Shown in pieces: positions 1-10,732 of a DNA stretch of 35,404 bases. Each line of letters starts with the position of its first letter. Position 1 is the first letter of the stretch. The notes beneath the pieces are model-generated. The model did not search any database and was not told where the DNA came from. It saw only the letters and a list, made by a program, of their open reading frames with translations. The position numbers were made by a program, and so were the translations under genes. Location of the stretch: contig NMRA01000572.1 of assembly GCA_002633005.1 (NCBI GenBank), positions 1 through 35,404 on the forward strand, written 5' to 3'. Origin of the DNA: Phoronis australis. Lineage: Eukaryota > Animalia > Phoronida.

Positions 1-100
1 GAAATTATTTTCGTTGCTTTTATGAACTATATTTTATCAATTACAGTTATTACCTCGTTCATTTTTCCGGTCGTCTTTATTAATTTCAGATATCGGCGCT

Positions 101-310
101 TCATTGACATCTTTGACTCCTCCCTTCATTAAATAGGAGGCATATGTCTTCTTCTAACTTTCTTCCGTCTGGGACATCTACGCTTATTAACTCTGAGAAG
201 AAACTGATAAGTGTCCCAGATGAGTCTTTCATCAGGATTTCCAGAGGCCTCCCTTTCCCTTTCCTAAACAGTGCTGCTGTGACGTCACACCCTGTCATTG
301 CATGCAATTT
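101..310 (-). mobile_element. Academ-type DNA transposon fragment (XPG/FEN1-like H3TH motif), degenerate
   Basis: HAMTGCDVTAALFRKGK matches the HAxTGCDxxxxFxxKGK motif of XPG-domain Academ proteins. The frame is short and broken on both sides. Confidence 0.6.
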
Positions 311-373
311 TCAAGCAATACTGCAGCGAGACCCCTTGTTACCGAAACACATCGTTGTTTATATATTTATTTA

Positions 374-757
374 AATAGCATTGGGACTCCGCCACGTGGC
401 TGCGCACCAAATTAATGGTGATTTGTATTTTATCACGGAAGACATTATGTCGACCATCGACAAATGACTCCGCGAAACTAAAACATTGAAAACACTATAC
501 ACTACACTGAATTTCGACATCATGTAAAAATTTCTTCAAAAAGTTACAACTAGGCGAGTTAACTGAATAGCATTGGGACTCCGCCACGTGGCTGCGCACC
601 AAATTAGGGGTGATTTGTATTTTATCACGGAAGACATTATGTTGACCATCGACAAATGACTCCGCGAAACTAAAACATTGCAAACACTATACACTACACT
701 GAATTTCGACATCATGTAAAAATTTCTTCAAAAAGTTACAACTAGGCGAGTTAACTG
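374..757. repeat. Tandem duplication, 2 x ~192 bp
   Basis: 374-565 and 566-757 both run aatagcattgggactccgccacgtgg...ctaggcgagttaactg with only a few differences. Confidence 0.95.
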
Positions 758-1089
758 TCTTACATCTTGACAGCTGTCTGCTTTTCGCTTGTAGTGATCA
801 TGAGAGTAAACACAGGCTTTAATGAACGAAAGTTTTTAATAATTAGTTTTTGTTTCCTGCGGTCCCGCTTTTTGCAGTTACCTTTATTAAATACACAACT
901 TTTGTCACCAATTGTGTACTTCGATTTTCGTGGTGCAATTTTTAATATCTTGTTGTCCAGTTGTTTGGATTTCCCACCCGAGTACTTGAACTAGCAGGGG
1001 AAAGCTGCATGAACGATTGTACCTCCATTTTTTAAGGTCCTTTCTGGGTTTTTGGCAGGCTATTTCCGAGTAAAATTTGTCTTTCACGG

Positions 1090-1810
1090 CTCATTGGGTT
1101 TTCAGTGCAGCACGATTGGTGGATTTATATCAGTTTAAGCCGATACCTTGAAAATCTAACCGTCTCAAAAATGGCAAACCGTGGTTGAGATTTTTGAGGG
1201 TTTCTGCCAGGGACAATCCAGAGTGTATTTTGTCTGTCGGTCATAGGGCATTTAGTGACCTGTGACATGTATTGAATCTCATGTAATTGTTTTTGTGGTA
1301 TCTCGAATGTATGTGCTAGCTCATTTTTGGGGGGTCTTTTTGGTTTCTGCCGGACCCATTCTAGAGTGTAGTTTGTCTGTCATGGGTCATTCAATGTTCA
1401 GTGCGGTACTATTGTTCGTTTCAGTTTTAGCCGGTACCTCGAAAATCTAGTCTAGATCAAGTTTTGGTGGCATACCATGGTTGAGATTTTTGGGGGTTTC
1501 TGCCGGGCACAACCCAGAGTGTAATTTGTCTGTCATAGGGATTTTAGTGATCTGTGACATGTATTGAATCATATGGAATTGATTTTGTGTAGTACCTCGA
1601 ATGTATGTGCTAGCTCATTTTTGGGGGGTCCTTTTTTGGTTTCTGCCGGACCCATTCCAGAGTGCAATTTGTCTGTCATGGGTCATTCGGTGTTCAGTGC
1701 GGTTCTATTATTCGTTTAAAATCAGTTTTGGTTGGTACCTCGAATATCTAGTCTAGCTCATTTTCTGGGCTGTTTGTAAGGCCCCCAGGGGTCACACCCA
1801 GAGTGCAGAC
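1090..1810. repeat. Diverged tandem repeat, ~300-bp unit made of two ~150-bp subunits
   Basis: 'tttctgcc...ccagagtgta..ttgtctgtcat' recurs near 1201, 1344, 1497 and 1640. 'tgtgacatgtattgaatc...cgaatgtatgtgctagctcattttt' occurs near 1261 and 1553. Confidence 0.85.
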
Positions 1811-2454
1811 AACGGCAGACGTCCATTTCTGTACATACTGAGGTGGACTTTAAATGCTTCGGTGGTCAGATGTTGGTACCTCGTTCATCTATGCTAAGTG
1901 CTCTGGGCTGCCGGTCTAACATCTAGCTAGTTAGAGTGCGTGCCTCTGGCCAAAAGACGGTCTCTGCTTTGGCAAATGAACTCTGGTGACACGCACGCGC
2001 TCGCTTATTCGCAGACGAATTTCAAAACAAACGTCACGTGACAACATGTTTGTTCGTCCAGACATTTTTCTCGCCGTGTTGCCGATCATACATGTAGATG
2101 CACAGATTTGTATTTAAACCTGCCGTTAATCCAGACTCCACGGGAACTTAAAAGATCTTAGAGATGCTACTTATAAAACTTAATGAGGATTTTAGGTAAT
2201 TTGCTTNGCCCCCCCCCCTAAATCCGCCTATGTGAAATCGCCATATCGAAGACGGCGATTTCGAGGCAGTCAGTCGCCGAGTTTTCGCCCTGGAATTTCA
2301 GCACAATTTTCTGTAAAATGGTCGTAATTTAGCTGCAAAGTTTGATAGCAATGCACCACAGATTTGTTGAAAGTCTTTCATAGATTACATATACGTCACA
2401 GAGCGTAAATTTTATGAATCTTAGCTTCCGATTTCACCCGTTTCGGAGACCGGG

Positions 2455-2524
2455 TTATAATAAGCGCCCCCCCCCTGAACCGAACTTTTCTAAGCGCCCT
2501 GGGCGGTTATTACGGTGAATACGG
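2455..2524. mobile_element. Orphan terminal inverted repeat of a pogo/Tc1-mariner-type element
   Basis: Reverse complement reads TA-CCGTATTCACCGTAATAACCGCCCAGGGCGCTTA, the same style as the paired TIRs at 17381/20079. No partner end found. Confidence 0.6.
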
Positions 2525-5288
2525 TACATACAGTCGTTGAACGGCGAAAATTAATGCCCAACTTGCCGAGAAACAAACCTTGTCGTCACTCAGAGAAACG
2601 AAAAGTCCGAGAAAAGGAGACAGGAAGTCCACTAAAAAAGATGCATACGCACAGTTCTGATAGGTGGTACCCCGTTTTTTTAGTCCTCTCGATTTTTTGT
2701 CCACATGGACAGAAATTCGAGCCCCCCATTTTCAAGGCTGGGCGCGCGCATGCTCGCGATTGATTAGTCTTCTAATGGGATCAGAGAATTGTACTATTTC
2801 AGTGCACAAATGTCCTACGTATTTTAAATCAAGAGTAGCGTGAATTTGACACCAGTTACTTATTTCTCGGGAGTTTTGAGACTGCTCAGACGATGCATCA
2901 TGTGGCGTACGAACTTGGAATTCAAAAACACTATCAGAATAGGTGGCCTTTGAGTAGTAAAAAACTTATGACTTTAAAAATACTGTTCTGTTTTGGCCCT
3001 AGCTATGGTTATGGTATTCGTGAAACATCCTTTTACAACGAACATTTCAAATGTTTTAACTTCCAACAGCCATCATCTCTTACTCGGGATAAGCCGGCTT
3101 CATGCTATCAGAGGGAAATGAAGTGTAATATTTATACTTGGGCCGAAGTTCTTCGAAAACACTGCCAACTAATAGGGTAAGGTATACAAAATCAGATAAG
3201 AGATAATGATCCCCTATAGCAGTTCTGAACCTGCTGACCAATATGGGAGAATGCCACCCGATTTAATTAGACTTTTTTGTCGTCTTAATCGGTCTATATC
3301 CATATCGCCTCGCATACGGTCGACCTTACCTTGCCAAGAGGTGTCGCGTTAACCTGTGAGGAAGGTGAGAAACGACGCTAGCGACGTCAATGGTTCATAA
3401 GCAGAGTGAATGCCGCTATGTTACGGTCATCGTTCCCGCTTGTCCGAACTAAGCAGCTGCGAGGAAAGCGGAAATATCGTTTTATTTACTTTCTCGGGAG
3501 TCCGAAATGCTTAAGAAGTGGCTCATGGTAGTGAAGAATGCCGTAAATAGCAAGTATGAGGCCGTGAAACATCTCCGTGTCTGTGGCCTGCGGGCGTCGA
3601 CAGTGCCTGACGAATGCCGGCTTACCAAATAACTCCATACGTTCCATTGTCTGAGCTTGTTCACGGCGCCTCTCTAGTATTTCTTCATCACTGTATTCCT
3701 GTTTGATAGCCTGTAAAACTTAACGATCCACCAGCGAAGTCGGGTCTGATGAGCTCTAGCTCGTCCTAAGTCGGGATTGCGAGTTGCCATGTTGGCGTTT
3801 ATTACTGAGCGTTCTGTTTCAAAATGAATTATTCTCTCCTAACCAATACTGAAACTGAAACAAAGTCTGTCTCATTAGATGCAATTTGTAATGCCTTTGG
3901 AGTGTTCGTGAGTGCAAATGATTTGAGAAGCCAGCAATGAATAAATCACTGCGTTACCGGCTTTAGGTGCAATAAAACTAATTGACGGGACACCGAGGCC
4001 AAGTGAGCTCAGCTAATTTAGTGCCGGTTTGCTGGCAGAAACTGTTGTGAAACAACTCGATTTCCATCCCACAGCGAGGTGTTAGGGGAATCTTTATTTA
4101 CATTTACACTACTCAAATAATGATTGTCAATGCACAACTTCTGCCCTGACGGCGCTGTGGCCAAAGCGGAACCTGAATTCGCGGCCCCTGACGAGTAAGT
4201 AGATTTTCAGTTTCCTGGTAATTCACCAACATAATCACGTGCACATTACTTTGGCTCACTAGTATAGTATTTTCTTGACTGGCAGTTTAGTTTCCACTGA
4301 ACTTTGACTAGTTTATGTCCGTGATGTCTGATCAGTTCGGGATAACGAGTCAATCCGGCCGGCCGCGACGGGCCTGATCGGGCTTCTAGCCACTGACTAG
4401 GATAACAAGCGTTTTGTGTTTAACTCAAAAAATCACAAGTCTAAACAACACAGATCTAGCTTCTCATGTCTGTATCTCACGGAAAGTACTTCGATATTAT
4501 CTCCGAACAGACCCCAAACTCCTCCTACGGACCTTATTGGCCTGCCGAACTTTGTAGGCTACGGTGTGTCCAAATACCAATAAATCCGTAAGAGCCAAAT
4601 AAAACAACACGTTTTTATGAGAACTCGGTGTATTTTTAAGGGTTTTACATCGAAGTTTGATGATTTATTGGTGTTAAACGATGACTTCAAGCGATAAGCT
4701 GACACCAGTAACCCGTGTTGTGAACTGCTGAACAGACTGCGTGTGAAACCGATGACGTCATTGGATAATTTGAACACCTCCGTCTGCTCATTTTATACTT
4801 TGATAGGCAGAATTGTTTATTACATTTTATGGCCCTGTTGCCAACACTCATTAACTCTGCAAGAGCCTGTGAATACAGTATGACTGATTATAGCTGGGGC
4901 AATTTTAACAGTGCTTTCCCACTAGAGGTGAAACTTCGCTTTAAAAGGTTAACTCCGGTAGATAATCTGCAAGCAAAACTTTGCAGCAAATAGTAGGATT
5001 TAAAAGTAAAGCTTCAGTATTCACCGAAACTGCGGAGTAGTGGGAAAGGTGAGAGCGAAACTTTGGCGACGTTATCGGTAGAGGTCGCAGTAATGATATC
5101 GGATCATGCGAGACTTGATCAATGAGATAGATATCTCGCAAAACCTGTTCTTTGTTATTGAGTCAGTTTACATAGCTACATTTCAATTCATAAATTAATA
5201 AAAGAATATACATCAGATGTAGACTGACACTGATCATTTTCATAAACACTGGTAAATCATTGATGGTGGGAGAACAATTTTCAGTTAA

Positions 5289-6569
5289 AGGCGAAGGCAA
5301 CCTTTTTCATGTCATTTTTTCGTAATTTAATTAATTACTCGTCGTCTAATCCGGAAATGACGTTTTGGGAGGCAAGAATTTCGCGCCAATTTCTTTTCAT
5401 ATAGACTGACTATGAGAGCAGTCGAGTCAGTCATCGTTTTACCTGGGTTGTGATAAGTTCGGTCGTCGTTTGCTTTTGTTTACGAGTCAGTCAACATACC
5501 ACGCTGTTGCTGCGTACTGGGGTGTACTCATTATTGTCTCACGTACAGAGTAAGAACTGTCCCACTTGCCTGAGTGTCCCGCGACACACTCCCACTGAAG
5601 AGTGATCTGAGCACCCAAGTTGCTTGCATCCCGCCGTGTGACTCCCTCGCCACACACCTGGCACCTTCTAAATAGCTCCAATACAAGTCCACAATAAACT
5701 TACCAAACTTAGGCTCACCGATCTGTTCATTGGATGACGAACTGTCCTCTTCACTGGGTGTCGAACTGGGCGTGTATTCACTCCCACTACTCAACATCGC
5801 TGCAGGGCTGCTTTTAGGCTCTGGGCTAGAGAAACAGCACAGGGCGAATCACTGCTAGGTCCCGAAATTGCACGCAATGGGGTAAGTTCGGAGGCACGGG
5901 TGACAGTAGATGAAGTGCCTCCAGTCACTGTATATAGTAGCCACAGCTCGCGAGACTTCTCGCTTCAAAAACGCACTTCTCGGGGTTGGCAACGGGGTAC
6001 TGCCGCACCGGAAATCAACAGCGACGGTATGGTACCCTTCTTCAGGCGTTGTTTCGCAGGGTCCTTCATCAATTCAGCATACATATCTCTGTCGTAATCT
6101 TACGGCAGAAAATGCTTACCACACACTCGGTAACTCTCCACTACTTTGTACGTTGCGTGGACGGGTAGCGCTGCGTTCTTCACATGAACGAACTAGCAAA
6201 GTACGGCGAAGTGTGTCATCCTTCGGAAAGCGGCGCAAGGTAGCCAGGCAAAGTGCGTGTGAGACAATGATGAGTACATCCCGGCACGCAGCAAAAGCGT
6301 GGCATGTTGACTGACTTGTAAACAAAAGCAAACGACTATCGAACTTATAACAACTGAGGTAGAACAATGACTGACTCGACAGCTCTCACAGACTATAATG
6401 AAAAGAAATTGACGCGAAACTCTTGCCTCCCAAAATGTCACTTCCGGAGTAGAGGACGAGAAATTAATCAAATTACAAAAAGCTGTAATTAAGTGAAAAA
6501 TGTGTCTGGGATAATCAACGAACCTTATTTTTTTGCTAAAAGTGACATGAAAAAAGGTTGCCTTCGCCT
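5289..6569 (-). mobile_element. Non-autonomous Kolobok-type DNA transposon with long inverted ends and TTAA target-site duplication
   Basis: TTAA|AGGCGAAGGCAACCTTTTT...AAAAAGGTTGCCTTCGCCT|TTAA. Inverted homology spans 5289-5542 versus ~6258-6569. The interior carries THAP and zinc-finger remnants. Confidence 0.88.
5550..6305 (-). pseudogene. Degenerate THAP-domain plus CxxC...CxxxH transposase N-terminus
   Basis: Across frameshifts: MPRFCCVPGC (ATG 6305), RRFPKDDTLRR, RVCGKHFLP*DYDRDMYAELM..RLKKGTIPS, an S/E-rich linker, then LFRRCQVCG...GAQITLQWECVAGHSGKWDSS. Confidence 0.8.
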
Positions 6570-7705
6570 TTAACCTCGAACCCATCACTCAATATTAGTT
6601 TGAGAGAATTTTTCTCCGATTACTGAATCGCCATACAGCGATAACTGCAGTATCGCTGTCTAGTGGGAAAGGTAATTGAAGTTTCAGCAAAGCTTTGGGA
6701 AACCAAAGTTCGACTAATGGTAAAGCACCATAAGTCCAGACACTTCATCTGTCAAAGTAAACGTAAATGACCAATCCATGTCATGTCAAAACCTATCAAA
6801 ACGGGAGAAAAAAAGAAGTGAGCCGCATTCTCCTTACTTCAGAGACAGGGTCTAGTGATTAGCGTAATGATATAATATATTATGACTAATGTGCACACAA
6901 CTATTTGTTTCAAAAACACTTAGAATAATTTCTGGCATTTGTAAGAATTTAGTAAGCTCCTGAAAAGTAGAAAGTGTCACACTTAATCATCATTTTTATC
7001 CTAAATTAAAGAAAGTATACCATGTCTTTCAAAATTGCAATACAAAATTTTGCAAGGATCTTGCTGGTTCACACTCAACCACCTTTGCATAAAATGAGCA
7101 ACCAAATTACTTCAATATCTCATTGGAATGTTCATTAAATAACCACTTTTTCTGTCAAATAACAACATGCCACTGTCAATAAATTAATTTACACATTTTG
7201 TTTTTTAACATGTCCTTTGTTACAACATTACAGCCTGAGTAGGGCAGAGATCACTTCCAACCAAAATAAGATAATGATGCTTCTAAAACTGTCTTCTTCA
7301 AGTAGTATGGCCACAGTAGATTTTTGTATAACACAAATATGACACAATAAATATACTCCCTAAGGTAGTTGAAAGTCTATAACACGAACAAACGCGTTCC
7401 CTCCCGATAATCCCTGAAATAATCCCTGTATTATGCAGGCAAACTTTTCATTGGAACATAAATTTGCTGGAACAGGAAACTGTTCAGACCTGCCAGAAGA
7501 CTACAGAACTTGGTGCGAGTCTAGATTACAAAAGAATACAACAGATTAGTGCAAACAATTCCTGTAAAAAGATTTCTGCTAACTCTCTGGGATTCTGAAG
7601 TAAATGGATGCTACTAAAGTTCCATTACTAGACTGCTGAGTCAGTACTACCAAAGTGTGCCACTGGGACCAAGACCAAATTACACCTGATGGTTACCACT
7701 GTGAG

Positions 7706-7856
7706 CTATATTGGGGACAACTGGCGCCTCCTGTGGGCATTGATGTCTGGATGCCAGAAATCCACGATGAGCACCAGCCGTAAACTGTGACCTTCATGCC
7801 AGACTTCATGCTCAAATGAATCATCAAACACGATGAAAGCTCCTTCGTTCCAAGTC
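7706..7856 (-). CDS. ASPH: ASPH last coding exon to TAG stop
   Basis: Acceptor ttcttcAG|G ACT TGG completes the split Arg codon. Translates TWNEGAFIVFDDSFEHEVWHEGHSLRLVLIVDFWHPDINAHRRRQLSPI*, with the FDDSFEHEVW second Fe-ligand His and the 2OG-binding Arg. Confidence 0.97.
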
Positions 7857-10467
7857 CTGAAGAACATAATGATAGCTATACACTTAAAATGTACAGTGAA
7901 CTTGTCCATGTATATTAGGGTATGCTCATCAGCGTTGTTGTTACTGCAAAATACAAATTTTTACACTGTTGAGATTTTTAAAAGATTTAGTGTAAGTGTT
8001 GATGGTGTTTCATCAATATGGCTCCAAAAAGTTACCTAGACATTATCAAGAAGCTGGGTTTATATTTAGCCAAATACAAACAAAGATTTTAACTCAGTAC
8101 AGTTAATATATTTTCTGATAGTAGAAAGCCTCAAGAATTTGATTTTCGACTTTATACCAATGACATGAATTGGTTTATGTGATGAATGTGTTTTTAGTAA
8201 AATTTAGTAATTTTTTTATAGCCCCCATGCAAAAGTTCAACGTCTTAAAAATAATTTCTAACATTCATGTGGAGGAATTTCTCCCTTACTCTGGTCACCA
8301 CTCCGAGTCCCTAAGCCCCAGACAACTTTTATGGTCCCTATGTAGCACCCCTTTTGTATTGATGTAGATCTGAGCTAATGAAGTTGAAAGGTAATAGCTA
8401 GCACTACTTTCTTAACAATGGTAGTCATTATTACCCTCAAATTGTTTTTCTCTGGCATTTGCACAGAGTTAAAGCCTGCAATATGGAGAGCAGTTTTAAC
8501 TTAGTACATTTAAAATATTACAAAAAGACTAAAAAGTTAATTTGCGTTGATCTTAACAAACTGCCATTTCCCAAAGGAACGCTGGTTTTAAATTTGTTTC
8601 ATACCTGTTTTCATTACTTTATTTTAATACTCCTGTCTAGTTATTTTTTTTTCTTACCGGTTAGGGTTGCCATCTTTTTATTTTGTGTTTAAATGGAGTA
8701 TCAAAACAACTTAAAAGTCAGTTAATTGTGAACCCATCCCTGAATTTTCAAGCTTACAGCTACACCAAACATGTTGCAGCAAACAAAACTACAGGTGCCA
8801 TTAGTTCAATTTCAATTTTTATTAGAACTCAAATCATAAAATATATACAACAGTGCAAATATGGTGATAGCCAAACTGAAGTTTTGGAACCTCTGGACAA
8901 TTCTGGTTGCAGTAACTACATAACTATTCTAGCTTTTCCTCAGTCATAAAAAATGAAATCACAGCTCATGCCCACCGACCAACCTCATCCACTGCTTGCA
9001 CTCTCTCGTTGACTACAAAGCTACCCATCTTAGTTGTCTTCACAGGTGTTCCAGTACAACTACAAGTTAACTATAGAAACTGACACATTTCCACAAATAG
9101 CAGTTTTCTGGTTCGTGTACTACTCCTGGAGTAAAGTAGTTCGGCATGCACTCAGGGCCATAAGGGATTTTTAAAAAGTTATTGACATTTAATTTAGTCA
9201 CTGTGTGTTGTTTATACGACGACGTGTCCGGATTTTATTCTTGACGTTATGAGAAATATTTTCTGTTCAGGCCCCCATACACAACTAGGCCACAGCTAAG
9301 TCTGTCCGCAGGATATCGCGCGTTCAAAGTAGTGTAGATAGTGACCTGCAGCAGCCGAAGGAGACGGAGCCAAAGTAAAGCTGGTTAAAAATCAAACATA
9401 GTGCAAGGCCCAGCACTCAGAAAGGGGCGCGGCGCACACGCAATTGTTACAGAGACATTGCATCTCTGTCCTATGTTGTGTAAGTGCCGGTGTGCTATAA
9501 CACATATCAAAAACTAATGTACATCCACGTAACCACGTTTCACTACCCTTACAAATTGTCTGTTGCTCTCTGATAAGCATCGCAGATGCAAGAATCTCGC
9601 TAAAGAAGATAGTGTGATCGTGTGCTTCGTTTGCAATGCCTCACCATACGTCTCGACGTCTTAAGTCTAGCGTGTTCGTGAGATTCTCACCCTTGCGCCC
9701 CCGATCGCAGACTAGGGTAGAGTTCAGTAGCTGTCTTGGGAAATACAAAAATCTAGCCAAAATCACGCTTTCAATTAAAAAACACAATACATCACGTAAT
9801 TTCATGAATTCGTGCTTTTTAGCGAAGTTCTAGCGTTACGAGCTTAACCCCAGATGTAAACCTAAAAAGATTTAACTTGCGGCGACCCAATTTTGCTTGC
9901 TCATCCACTGGTCTGTGTACTTGTGGTCTTGTTAATTCACATCCTAGCTGTACCGTCTGAGGTACAACACCCTGAACTCCATGGTGTCCCGAGATTAAGA
10001 TGAATCCCGACAAGGACACCGGGACCCTGTGGCACTCTCTGTCTGCGGCGACTAAGAAAATCCTCCACCAATCATTTCGAAAAATGACAAGTCAGTTGAA
10101 TCAGATTTGGTAGTCGTTGCTTCTTGTGGTCCTAGGGGTAGGCTAACAAGAATACAGGACCTGGAGTCCGATGCAACGGGCCTGGAACCTGATAGGTGTT
10201 TCCGACCGGAGTTCCATATCTACTTTCCACAGGACCTTGTCTTCATGTCTATGTTACCGCCTTCAGTTGATAGTTTTGAGACAAAAAAGAAACGTGATCT
10301 TAAACTACAGACCATGTTTTTTGTATTACTTAATATAGTTTTAGAGGCATTTCAGCTGTAAGTGTGTTTAATTGTGTTGACTGTTACATTGCTAATTATT
10401 ATTGTTCTATTTTTACCCGAGGTGATGCCTTACTTGCAGCAAGGGTAAATAATTTTGGGAAGTATTA

Positions 10468-10732
10468 CTAGCGATTTCCGTATATAAGTTGGGGAAACCA
10501 AACGTCTTATGTAAAAATACACCAGGGCCTATACTCAGCAATGCCGAATACACGAACACAGTATAAATACTGTAGCTCACCCTAATTATATCCTAGTGGG
10601 AATAGCATTATTTTTAGATTTCAAGCATGCATTTTTATTCTCAGATATGCATCCCAGGTATATTTTAGGGAAAAATTTAAGATACGCAAATTGGCCATAT
10701 ATTCTCCTGGACTTATATACGGAAATCTACGG
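10468..10732. mobile_element. MITE (~265 bp) with pogo-type TIRs
   Basis: gatttccgtatataagt (10473-10489) is a perfect 17-bp inverted match to acttatatacggaaatc (10711-10727). The right end continues tacgg, as in the other pogo-type TIRs. Confidence 0.75.

Larger units (their letters stand above)
4914..6671. mobile_element. Possible short-TIR non-autonomous element (Harbinger-like) hosting the Kolobok insertion
   Basis: ctttcccactaga at 4914 is inverted to tctagtgggaaag at 6659-6671, with an internal tagtgggaaag near 5038. No clear target-site duplication. Confidence 0.4.

Noticed and set aside
3747-3775. CTGATGAG followed by a small hairpin, as a hammerhead ribozyme
   Set aside because: No GAAA box follows the stem.
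6700-7705. ASPH polyadenylation signal
   Set aside because: No clear minus-strand AATAAA was seen, so the 3' UTR end cannot be placed.
7857-7909. N-terminal part of the 7706-7909 ORF (MDKFTVHF...)
   Set aside because: It lies upstream of the AG acceptor at 7858-7857 and is intron read-through. The same applies to the ends of the 29738-29959 ORF.
9600-10400. Possible second THAP/Kolobok remnant (MPHH..., YELNPRCKPKK)
   Set aside because: Core THAP residues could not be recovered, and no paired TTAA-flanked ends were found.
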